Origin: Hyphochytrium catenoides
Lineage: Eukaryota > Protista > Hyphochytriomycota
Reading direction: 5' to 3'
Assembly: GCA_900088475.1 (NCBI GenBank)
Contig: FLMG01000366.1
Coordinates: 1-49,696 of the forward strand
DNA length: 49,696 nt
Under the pieces are notes generated by a model, which worked only from the letters and a program-made list of their open reading frames with translations, was not told the origin of the DNA and ran no database searches. This document shows, piece after piece, positions 1 through 10,295 of the stretch (positions within the stretch are counted from its first letter, which is position 1; every line of letters starts with the position of its first letter). The position numbers were made by a program, and so were the translations under genes.

Positions 1-1
1 A

Positions 2-1165
2 AGATTAAGAATCAAGGCCTATCAAAGAGTGTGCGTTCAGAATAAGCTCTCTGAGCGTAACAATTTAGTCTGCAGACTCAATCCCCAAAATAGCGTCGAC
101 TTTATGGCTCCTGTTCCTCATTCTCCTCCGCGTCTGCAGACTCCCGCAGCCAAGCGGGTCCAAACGCGGAAGTCTGCAGGCGTCAAGAAGGTCGCCATCA
201 CCACAGTGGTTCATGGTCCGCTTCGCAAGTGGCAAATGGATCTCACGATGATCCCTATAGAGTATTATAGCACCACCACGAAGCGAAGGCCATTCCATAG
301 AGCTGTGCAGCTCACAAGGAGCTTCTTGCCGCCTCCACCTTATAGACAGCAGTTCTTCTACCTCTTTAACATCATAGATGTCTCCTCCTAGTATGCGTTG
401 AGCTTTGTGATTGACAACAAGGAGGCCATTGTCATTGCTGCTATCTTGGATTATATCTTTGGCAAAGTGGTTGATATCCCCGACGAGGCAGTGGAGTTCT
501 TTATCAGTCGCTACGGCAAGCAGTTCATTAGTAGTCCTGCTTCCTTTGAAGCTTACCCGCAGGTCTACAAAGTAGCTGATGGCCGTTATAAGCTACGGAT
601 GGTTCCCACCTTGCTACTCAGTGATCAGGGCAGTGAATTTCTAAATGACTTTGTGGGAAGAGTCCTTTTACGGCATTCGGTCACTCAGTTGACGACCTTC
701 CCATACAAGCCTCTCGGTATCATCGAGAGGTTCAATAAAACATTGAAATCCAAAATGGAGAAGGTAGGGTGGCAAATTGCTAAGCTAGATGAAGTCGTAG
801 AGGAATATAATAGGACCAAGCACTCAACGACAAGTTATGCTCCCATAGAGGTTCATTTCAGTGCTCTTACGGGCCTCAAGGGACAGCTTATCGTGGCAGA
901 GGTCTACCGTCGTCTGCTAGAGATCAATAAGAAGACTAATCCTGTACCAGAGACACCCTTTCAGGAGGGCGATAAGGTCAAGCTCCATGCTGGAACTCGC
1001 TTTTACTTTATCGTCCATCAAGTGCTTAGCGACGTCATTGGTGGGCATCTCATTGTTCGCTACATACTAAGGACCCCAGCTGGTATCATTGCGAGACAGC
1101 AGAAAAGTGACGGCACCTATGTGCCTCTGAAGTACTATCATCATCAGCTAATCCGAATGCTCTAG
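2..1165 (+). mobile_element. Retroviral-like (rve) DDE integrase of Polinton/Maverick or Ginger type, interrupted by one in-frame TAG (389-391); 5' end lies outside the window
   Basis: ORFs 29-391 and 398-1165 share a frame that is open from base 2. Motifs: WQMD (D 239-241), YLFNIIDVSS*YA, LLSDQGSEF (D 623-625), IIERFNKTLK (E 725-727; D-x33-E), YNRTKHSTTSYAP, PFQEGDKVKL, and a C-terminal KYYHHQL resembling the Polinton FYxxEL end. Confidence 0.85.
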
Positions 1166-2003
1166 GGTGAACGTCGGGGGTTCGATGATATATAGCTTCT
1201 GGAGCATCAAGGTTAGTAGGGTAATCAAACTGCAAAACTGTTGGCAGTGCAGTGATAATCTGCGAGTGAGCGATCAGAATCTTGATAGAGGCCCTGTGCT
1301 TGGCGATGAGGCTAGACAGCCAGTGGGAAATTCTTACGGCAGTGACATACAAGAGTGAGTCACCGATGTTCCTGCAGCTTTACTGAGCCGCCAGGAAAGC
1401 ACTAGCAACAAGAACGATTGTCGTCCACAATTGCAATAGCTGCGACAATTCGCACGCGGTGACTGCTCGTCTTAGACCAGCCAGGCCAGCCGACAAGACA
1501 GTAATAATGGCCCTGGTAGCTCATTCGTGATAGACACATTAAAAGGTCGTATGCTGATACGAACATGAAGCGCGAACCAACAAATCTCCCGGTTTTCAGA
1601 TTTGACCCTGCAGAAGGTTAGGTTCGCGAGAGACTACGAAGCCAGAGCCCGAAGGACATGAAAGAGAAAATCGTGAACATGCCGGTGACGTTGATGATCG
1701 GCCCCGCCGCGACGACAGACTATGTCATGAGGACCAAAGACATCCATTGAGCGCGTTTTATGAAGCGATCCTTCATCTGTTCTCATTTACAATACACGGG
1801 ATAACGTTAGTGGTGGGGAGTTCTTGTGATTCTTGTGTTGGCAGCTCTGACTGATCTCTATCATCTTCCAATACCATAATTGCCCGGACTCCTTTCGCGT
1901 GTATTAGAACCGAAAGAACGTAACCGTATAGTACGACAAGTAGCAGAACGCGGCCTCTGTTCCTATACTATAGCTCCAACTGCAGAGCGCACTTTGTGAG
2001 TAT

Positions 2004-2152
2004 ATGTTTAGGTCACGTCTAAGATACTTGACTGCTATTAGCATTCTCATCTCATTGTCAAATCAAGTACAAGCTCAGAACGAACATGTTTAGGTCACGT
2101 TTCAGATAATTGACTGCTATTAGCATTGTCATCTCAAGTGTAGCTCCGAACG
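2004..2152. repeat. Imperfect tandem duplication (82-bp period) overlapping the stop and 3' UTR of the AIFM2-like gene
   Basis: atgtttaggtcacgt..agata.ttgactgctattagcatt.tcatctca begins at both 2004 and 2086. Confidence 0.85.
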
Positions 2153-3328
2153 GGTCGCTGAGGCGAGCAGGTCCTTCCCTTTGAATCCCTTAACTAACAT
2201 TGTCCCTAGCTTTCCTTTATAAGAACCGCCAATCTCTACAACTCCATCCGAAGGACCTAGTAACATGAAAGCCATGGACTGTGCTGGTGGTTTGTAACTC
2301 TTGCTAGGCTTAGTCCCAGTTGCGAGAGCTATGATATTTGCTGCCGCAATCTTGCCGTGCTCTTTGGCGCTAACTGCTAGCTTGGTCTCGGGTATATCAG
2401 TCACATCTCCGACAGCAAAAACGCAACCACCAGTTGATGAAATCTCAGAGACTTGCAGATGTCCGTTAACTTTGATCTGCTTTCCATCATTGAGCCATTG
2501 GAGAGGAAACGGTGATAGAGCACCTTTGTGAGTGGTCCCATTGCCAGTAGCGAAGAAAACAAGGTCTGCAGATAGCATAGTACCGGAAGAGGTCGTGACG
2601 GATTTATCTGCAGGGAGTACCACACCCTTTCCATCAATATCCGTCGGGGTGACGACGGACTGATTAAGAAGAACCTTGATGTTCTTAGCACGAAGTTTTG
2701 TAAGCACTGCGTCTGTGGTCTCCTTGGACAGATGAGGTGTGTAGTTTTTGAGCAGAGTATCTGCGGAACAAACGACCGTGATTTCCTTGTCTAGATAAAC
2801 ATAGCGTAGTTCTGTGGCGACCTCCAGCCCAACTGGTCCCCCTCCGACAACTACAACGTTCTTTGATGCTTTAATGGTCTCGAACAAACCCCGAATCCTC
2901 TGCGACATCGCCTCGATTGAAGTTACATCGTCAGGAACGCGAGTAGGAAACACCGTCGGTCGACTTGCGCCAGTCGCCACGACTAGGTAATCATAATCTA
3001 CAAACGTAGCTTCTCCGCCATCCTGTGTAATTAGCTCCACTCGTTTGCCCTGCACGTCGATATGCTTGACTTTGCCTACTACCAATCGGCTAGTTGGACG
3101 TTTTAGCAGTTTGTCCAGTGGAAAAGCGACGTTTGCAATCCATCCAGTCACAGCCGGTAGTCTTACACTCCCAATAGAATGGTAAAAGAAACCCTTCGGG
3201 TCAATAAGAGTGATATCAAACCCGGCTGCCTCCAATGCCCTCGTGGCGGAAACACCTCCATAGCCAGCTCCAATAACCACAACTTGTCGGTTCTGCACAG
3301 AAGCAGGAAGGATAGGCTTGTTCCCCAT
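2129..3328 (-). CDS. AIFM2/FSP1/AMID-like FAD-dependent NAD(P)H oxidoreductase (Pyr_redox_2), intronless, 399 aa
   Basis: FAD motif VVVIGAGYGG, YDYLVVATGA, NAD(P)H motif VVVVGGGPVGLE, and VFAVGD. First ATG (3328) gives MGNKP, a possible N-myristoylation site as in FSP1. Confidence 0.9.
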   Translation of the reverse strand: MGNKPILPASVQNRQVVVIGAGYGGVSATRALEAAGFDITLIDPKGFFYHSIGSVRLPAVTGWIANVAFPLDKLLKRPTSRLVVGKVKHIDVQGKRVELITQDGGEATFVDYDYLVVATGASRPTVFPTRVPDDVTSIEAMSQRIRGLFETIKASKNVVVVGGGPVGLEVATELRYVYLDKEITVVCSADTLLKNYTPHLSKETTDAVLTKLRAKNIKVLLNQSVVTPTDIDGKGVVLPADKSVTTSSGTMLSADLVFFATGNGTTHKGALSPFPLQWLNDGKQIKVNGHLQVSEISSTGGCVFAVGDVTDIPETKLAVSAKEHGKIAAANIIALATGTKPSKSYKPPAQSMAFMLLGPSDGVVEIGGSYKGKLGTMLVKGFKGKDLLASATRSELHLR

Positions 3329-4846
3329 CGTCAAAGGATCTTAAAATACTGACGAACTCGGCCAAAACAAAGAGAGGAGCGCTGTTGTCTCCGTGGTGCT
3401 GGTTACGGGGCAAGTCCAATAATGGAAAATAGAAGGCAGCCTAGCCTAAGCTTATCGGCCAATTAGAAGGCCCAAGATAGGCACATACCCCATAGCGCTC
3501 ACTCGTTCACTCGTCAATCGGTCTCATTGGCTTTGAATTTTGCCCTTAGAAACATGTGTCACGATTGAGGGTGGGCTACACCCGCTCCAACAAAGCCTCC
3601 AGATCAGTTGTTTTGACCAAATGTGAGCTTTATAAGCGGTTACCAAAGATGCCCATGACGAAGAGAGACGTTGGGCCTGCTAAGGTCAGCTCGAGAAGAG
3701 TTAGGAGTACAAGTACAGTCTTTATGCAGGTATGGCTTTGCCGGAAGCATTCCGACAGAGCATATCTGGCTTCGTTTCAAATGGACTTCCATGGACTTCG
3801 GCAAAGTATTATACAATTGCATTTCCCCGCTTATTACGAACTGGCGGTTACGCATACCCCAACACATCATTCTTCAACATCATTAATCATTGATGGGAGC
3901 TTCACAGCAAGCTACAGGGTGTTACACAAAATGGAAGTACACTGTAGACCATGATGATGCTATTGTAGTACAGCTGGACCTGAATAATGTCAGATTGCGA
4001 CAGCCTACTTGGCTATCACAGGCTGTTTATTTATGATAATAAAAGGACAGACAGATCTTGCTTTGCATGAATGGAACTTCGGTGGACTTCCGAAACCACT
4101 TGTACTTCTATTTATAAAAGCACGGCAGTTATGCTTAATATTTATTTTTGTTCGATAAAGCTAATCACTAAGGCCTTAGGAGAATGAGAAAGACAGGAGA
4201 TGGAAAGGAAACTTTTAGTTTCTTCTCCCACTACTGTGTCCCTGAAAATACGCAGAAAGAAGAGAAAACACCTTTTGTCACTTGTAACAGCTAAGGACTA
4301 TTGCCCCAAACAAGATGTCCATCTCCATGGAAACTGGTGCTCAACAATGAGAAGTTGGGACTCTAGGAAACACCTTATTGAACCGCATAGCGGAGGGCTT
4401 TCGAAGAGGTGCTAGGCGGATTGTTATCTTTCTCGGTTGCAGAACCCCCCCCTACGTCGGTAGGAACTGTGTGTGTACCCTTTACGTGAAACACGCTAAA
4501 GTGAAGTTCCTTAACTGTGAGCAATATACTTGCAGGACAAAACAAAATTATAAAAAGTGGTCCTTCCTCTGTCATACTTAATCTAGGAAAAGGCCATTAC
4601 AGCCTTAGGTATCTAGTTGTGAACCATGATCACCAGAGTTGTATTCTCATACCCTTTTTATCTCCTCTTCTTGTTCTCCCTCTCACATGATGCGAAGAAC
4701 GTTAGGGAACACGTCGTAGCTTCCTCGACAGCTAGCTCTCAGTCAGTGATCATTCTGCAAGCGCCTGAAGAAATGAAAAGTAGAAAAAAGCTAAATACTA
4801 ATCGGCCAAAATCTGCAGTCTCTCTTTCTCTCGCCCTAATAGTCAG

Positions 4847-5701
4847 ATGACGTCTGCATCTCCGTCTCTTCCCGGTCGCCTTTCCGGCACTAGTGAAAAT
4901 GTCGAAGTCATGCCCACCGTATTCATCCCTCACGGAGGAGGCCCAATGCCGATTCTCGGCGACAAAGGGCACCACCAATTAGTGAAGTTCCTGAGGGGTT
5001 TCACTGACAAACATCTGTCCAGGTACTCCCATGGTATTCCCAAAGCAATCTTGCTCATCTCAGCTCACTGGGAGGAGAGACAGCCAACCATTCAGGCCAA
5101 CCCTCAGCCCCCTCTCATCTATGATTACTATGGCTTTCCAAAGCAAGCCTACACCTTAGAGTACCCTGCTAAAGGTGATCCCCGCTTGGTCGAAAGAGTG
5201 GCAGAGCTATTGAAGCTAGCAAATATTCCGTGCAAACAGAATATCGAGAGAGGCTATGACCATGGGGTCTTTATACCACTAAAGCTGATGTTCCCAAAGG
5301 CGGTTATCCCGGTGGTACAGCTCTCTCTTCTCTCATCCCTCTCTCCTGTAGAGCATCTACGGCTTGGCCGAGCGCTGTCACCTTTGCGTAACGAAGGGGT
5401 GCTGATTGTTGGCTCTGGAATGTCATTCCACGGCGACTTTTTCCAGCCGTCATCCAAGACTCAAAGCATCAACTTCCATACATATCTACGACATGCGGTT
5501 CTAGAAACGGCACAAGGAAAAGAAAGGACAAAGCTTCTGATAGATTGGGAAGCAGGGCCAGACGCCCGTGCTTCACATCCCAGAGAGGAGCACCTTTTGC
5601 CACTCCTCACAGTTATAGGAGCAGCGGAAAATGGAAAGGCAGAAGAAGTATTCTATGACGAAGTCATGGGCATCATGGTGGCAGCCTATCTTTTCCATTG
5701 A
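4847..5701 (+). CDS. Extradiol ring-cleavage dioxygenase, LigB / 4,5-DOPA dioxygenase (YgiD/DODA) family, intronless
   Basis: Motifs FIPHGGGP, ISAHWE, YDYYGFP, RGYDHGVFIPL, PVVQLSL, GSGMSFH, HPREEHLLPL. Start is 4847 or the next ATG (MPTVF). Confidence 0.92.
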   Translation: MTSASPSLPGRLSGTSENVEVMPTVFIPHGGGPMPILGDKGHHQLVKFLRGFTDKHLSRYSHGIPKAILLISAHWEERQPTIQANPQPPLIYDYYGFPKQAYTLEYPAKGDPRLVERVAELLKLANIPCKQNIERGYDHGVFIPLKLMFPKAVIPVVQLSLLSSLSPVEHLRLGRALSPLRNEGVLIVGSGMSFHGDFFQPSSKTQSINFHTYLRHAVLETAQGKERTKLLIDWEAGPDARASHPREEHLLPLLTVIGAAENGKAEEVFYDEVMGIMVAAYLFH

Positions 5702-6257
5702 CAAGCCTAAGTCTAGTAGTACTGATTCCAATTCTAGGTTCCTTCTATTGACAGATAGAGATACGAATGACTGAAATGAATACCAACTCTCTGTCATTAG
5801 CAGTAAACCATACCAAATAACAGGAATAGCTTCCAATTATTTCTACAGAATTTTAAATAAATAAGTAAACCTCTCGTAAACAGAATACAACTCCCACATG
5901 TCATCAATAGTATTACTCATTTCACCAGTACTCGTAGGCTATGCATAACGTCTCGTATGTAGTTACTCCGCTTATTAGTTTCTCCAACTAGTAAGTAAAT
6001 AAAAGTATTACTCATTTCACCACAGATCACTAATTATGATAACAAACTCATGAAGTCATTCACGGTCAAATAATCCAATACGTGACATCAATGAGTCAAA
6101 TAAGACTTGACAAATATATAGATTACAAATAGACGTCAATACATGCTCACTTCAAATTCACAAGTAACCACAACAGCTAGAATCATAGTTTAACAACTTG
6201 TAAAAATGGGTATGATTCCAGCGAGCTAACACTGATGGCAAAGATGATCCTCTGATC

Positions 6258-6360
6258 TGCTGATTGGCTGTTCAGCCTGATTGTAGCCAATGACGACGTA
6301 GATACGGCTCTTTGCGCACTCTGATTGGTGATCTTCCTTTCCTCAGCTGCCAATCAGCGG
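6258..6360. promoter_or_regulatory. Cluster of four CCAAT boxes in both orientations; possible promoter or enhancer
   Basis: ctgattggc (~6260), agccaatg (~6286), ctgattggt (~6321), gccaatcagc (~6349). The outer pair is a 10-bp inverted repeat. Confidence 0.35.
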
Positions 6361-7138
6361 TGACTCCAGAATAGGGGGTATCTTGAGAGGGACTTTAGGG
6401 GGAACTACAGTGTTGTTCAGTTAGGACTTGTGGGGCATAAGATGTAGTTGTTAGGTCCTGTACACGCCCGTCAGTACCGATGTGTCACGATTCTTGCCTA
6501 GTATAAGGATTCTGAACGAGGATAGACATATTGACAATCCGTCAAAACCGTTACAGTATCTTGAAGCATTGCACTGACCAGCACTGACCAGAGATCTATG
6601 AGTGATGATGAAGAGATAGGCAGGGCAAGCAACAAGAGAAGGAAGGAAGAAGGGTGACGCAGCAGTTCACCACCACCCTAACGACTCGTCGCGCGGCCAC
6701 TGTGGAGAGTTGGCCCTCCTCCAGTCTGGATCGTTACGGGATGAGCTTGGCCCTGCTGCGTGGCACCGTGAAGGTACGAAGATGTATGAAGTCGGGCAGT
6801 AACGTCTTTTCTTCAGCACTCTTTCCGAGTCCCGCTTTATGTCATCCACTCTTTTGTCCTTGTGGCGGTGCTGCCAGAGGCTGAACCCGCTGATACCAAG
6901 GAGAATGGATATGGCCGGGGCGGGTAACAATACTTACAAACGCAGCAGAGGAATACAAGCCTAGTTGTTGATGACAGTTGTTTGCAGGCACTCTCATCAT
7001 CAATGATATATGGGTAGAGTAAGGCTCTTCTTCTTTACATACTTCTTGTAAGACAGTGTGGTCTCTAAATCTCTGAGAAAGGCCCTCTGCACGAAGCAAA
7101 TATCTGGTGGTGGACAGTACTATTAACAAGCACCCAGA

Positions 7139-8386
7139 ATGGGGTCAGCAACCAAGGACACAACGTCAGACGGTGTGGTGATCAGCCTGTGCCAACCCCT
7201 TATTGGCTACCTCCAGAGGCGGCCACCAGTCGGAGACTCTGCTAAGAGATGGCTGATTCATGCACGAGCAGAGATTGATAGCATGCTGCAATACAATGCC
7301 CAGGCAACGATAGCAGAGGACACTTCTGGAGGTGGTGGCCAGCAGACTCTCAGTGACATGCTTGGTCCTCCCCTTGGCAACAGTAGTAACCTGAGCCCTA
7401 GAAGCAGCAACAAGAAGAAGGCTGTAACTCCGGACTCTGCTACGGGGCCACTCACCACAGTCATAGCGAAAGCCAAGTCTACTAGAAGAAAGAAGAAACG
7501 CGCTCTTGTTGCTGTCTCTCCTTACACAGAGATGACCCCGACGGAGAGCAGCCTCACAGCGATGGAGAGAATGTTTGGAAAGCAGTTTCACCATTGGTAT
7601 TGGGCAAGGCGGAGGCTTTTCAACCCCTTGAACCTCTTGGCAACAGTAGTCATCCAAGTAGCCATGATAGCCTTCCTGCTAGCGGAAGACGAGTATATCA
7701 AGCTCGTCACGATGACAACCTACGTGCTTGCTTGCTTTTTCACTCTCTTTCACCAGACATCGATCTACAACTACTTCTTGGTGAAGAGGTGTTTAACGTC
7801 ATTTGAGGCTATCTTCCTGAGCTTGGAGCTCTTCCTCTTTGGCGTGGGGTTATGGGGCGTCCTCTGCTTCAAATCGAGTATACTTGTTATGGCGATCGCT
7901 TGCTGCCTTACCTGCTGGTCGCTGGCTTGCTTTGACGCCTTTCCTGTGAGCGTTAGGCGGGCTACTCCATACCTCTACTGCTGTTGCTGTCTATCCTACC
8001 TCTGTATCCTCACGGTATTCTACTCTCGGGCGCCAAAGGGTCTCTGTCTGTACAAAGTCGACCTTCGTCATGGCGTTGTAGAACAGGATGATCCGAGCGT
8101 CAGAGTTAGTCGACCATGGACTTTCGCCCTCTTGGACTTTGTACTCAACCGTGGATGCACGGTGCTGATGCTGACTGTCAAACTGACCTACTCTGCCTTC
8201 AGGCATCCCCAAGATTGCGTGATTGTGAAAAGTCGCTTAAAGCTCATCGAGATGCTTATACCGGTGGGGACAAACCAGACCAGGGCTTCATCAGTACCAT
8301 CAGGTGCCGAAGAAGCTACCAATCTCAGCAGCACGACGAGCCAGGATAGGCCCAGCAGCAAAGTCAGCCTGCGGGGAGAAGAATGA
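7139..8386 (+). CDS. Uncharacterised multi-pass membrane protein (~6 TM helices) with a disordered basic N-terminus, intronless
   Basis: 415-aa ATG-initiated ORF. Six hydrophobic segments lie between FNPLNLLATVV and LMLTVKLTYSAF; several are Cys-rich (YCCCCL). Confidence 0.75.
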   Translation: MGSATKDTTSDGVVISLCQPLIGYLQRRPPVGDSAKRWLIHARAEIDSMLQYNAQATIAEDTSGGGGQQTLSDMLGPPLGNSSNLSPRSSNKKKAVTPDSATGPLTTVIAKAKSTRRKKKRALVAVSPYTEMTPTESSLTAMERMFGKQFHHWYWARRRLFNPLNLLATVVIQVAMIAFLLAEDEYIKLVTMTTYVLACFFTLFHQTSIYNYFLVKRCLTSFEAIFLSLELFLFGVGLWGVLCFKSSILVMAIACCLTCWSLACFDAFPVSVRRATPYLYCCCCLSYLCILTVFYSRAPKGLCLYKVDLRHGVVEQDDPSVRVSRPWTFALLDFVLNRGCTVLMLTVKLTYSAFRHPQDCVIVKSRLKLIEMLIPVGTNQTRASSVPSGAEEATNLSSTTSQDRPSSKVSLRGEE

Positions 8387-10295
8387 TCTCTTTACGCCAT
8401 CCACCAGCAGCTTCTTACGGAAGCAACAGCCCAACAGACGCATCTACTCTGTCTGCTGAGAATAGCCCTCTTACCGCAAGGACGCCGAAGACGACGTAGT
8501 TCTTCACTAAATGTATACCATGACCGAAGGAAGAATGGAGATGAAGAAGATCGGAAAGCTAATAACTCTGTTTGCAGCACACCAGGGAGACTTAGCAGTA
8601 CGACCAAGCCATCCTGCCCCTGGTAGTGTGATGACCATATCACCATCCTATACTTATTATCTACCTCGAGGGGCGGTACGAATCCCAACCAGCAGCTTCA
8701 GGAAGTACCCGCGCCATAAGAAGCAAGCTATGCGCTGTTTTGCCGCTGAGAACGCAGTCCCGGGCTCTAGTCATCATACAGCTAATGGAAGAACGGAATG
8801 GAAACTCAACGCAGACTGATCTAACTACTTACAATAGACGCTAGTGATGGTCGGCGCATAGTCTGTCCGGTGCTGCTCCTTCTACAGAAGACAGTGAGCG
8901 GGTGGGAGGACGATGATCGATGTTATTAGGACCAAGGTTGATTAGGAGACGAAGGCTCGGCGGACGAAGAAGTGATGGACGAATATGGAACCGGATAGTA
9001 GAGAAAATAGAGAGATGAGGATAGGAACAGAGAAATACTCTCAGAAGAGGCGAAAGAGGGAGAGAAAGAAGAGACAAATGTCCTCTCTAACTCTTTCTCC
9101 CGTCCTCACCATCAACAACAAGCCGAGCCGCGCAGCACCAGCAACAAACGATTGTATATGCGCAATAATAAGTGGCCAGCAGTACTGGGCAAAGAAGCAC
9201 CTTCGCCTTCGTAAGGATCATGTCAACAACGTTCTTCATCTTCTTCCAGCCCACATCGCCACATTGATAAGGCGTCGCTTCGTTGCTGGATTGTGACTCT
9301 TCTAAGGCTCGTCCGGACATTTGAGCACAACAAATGCCGCTTCTAGCTCTCCTCACATGAGTATCTTTCTTCGGCACCCAAACGATCAGCAGCAGCAGAG
9401 CTGAAGAAGGAGTCGTCACCACGTCTCAAGCAGCAGAACAGAGAAGATTGATGGCGGGAGACCAATGGAAGAAGAGTAGGAGGGACAGAGTATGCGTGGG
9501 ATATATATTATTAGTTCTTCGTGGGCCGCTTAGAGGACGGAGGAGGATGGGACAGGCCTCCCTCACTCAAACTTGGTCGACGTCGGCAGCTCAGCCTCAG
9601 TCACCTGCTCATAATGCCAGGAAAGCTGCAAACAAGGGAAAGGGAAGACACAGGTGACTCGACCTCTGCAATGCTGCCAAGGGCAGTGGGCTCCTTCCGG
9701 CGCCTTCATGATGAAACAACCAGGAGGACAAGTTGTTGTCATGATAGGGAGTAGACAAGTGACCAGGGAGGGACTTGAAATGAAATGTGCAACAGCGTCC
9801 TACCCAGACTGCTATGAGGCTGATGGCCGGCGTCAACATAACAATAAAGCCTCTACTTTCTCCAACGAAGTTCTCCCCCGCAGAGAGTAGAAGCTGATGA
9901 GGTACATGCATATATGTAGATTATGGAAGAATCAGACACTGCTAAACGACTTCTCTTTACTGAAGACACCTATGGGCAAAGGTATTGACATGGACTCGTC
10001 TGCCTCAAAGCCGTTCCTTCTCCTCTGTTCGTCTAGGTTTTAGAGGAGATGTTCCTTCACAGAGAAAGCAATAATAAGGGGAAGGAGGATGGTGAGGTGG
10101 CAAGAGGAGGACTGGTTGCATGCAATGGCATCTCTCTGCTTTCTCCTGTCACTTCCGCCTGCCTCAAACCTTAGTAGTCCTCCCTTTCTCTGGTTAGCAT
10201 CTCCCTCACCGCCGCACCCTCCCTCTCGGCGTGCCTGGAACAACCTTCCTCTTCCCTCTCATAATCTTCCTACCTCTATCAACATGCAGCGGTGC

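Noticed and set aside
389-391. TAG reassignment or programmed readthrough in the integrase
   Set aside because: TAG terminates the integrase itself and the GH16-like gene at sensible positions. A point mutation or sequencing error is simpler.
3557-6087. TIR element (tgtcacg...cgtgaca) carrying the dioxygenase
   Set aside because: The inverted match is only 7 bp and there is no target-site duplication.
6888-6930. tRNA-Met primer-binding-site-like tggtatcag on the minus strand (also near 23095)
   Set aside because: Only a 9-nt match, not abutting an LTR end, with no gag or pol nearby.
8400-10250. Short ORFs of 67-111 aa
   Set aside because: No recognisable motifs and no consistent splice model found.
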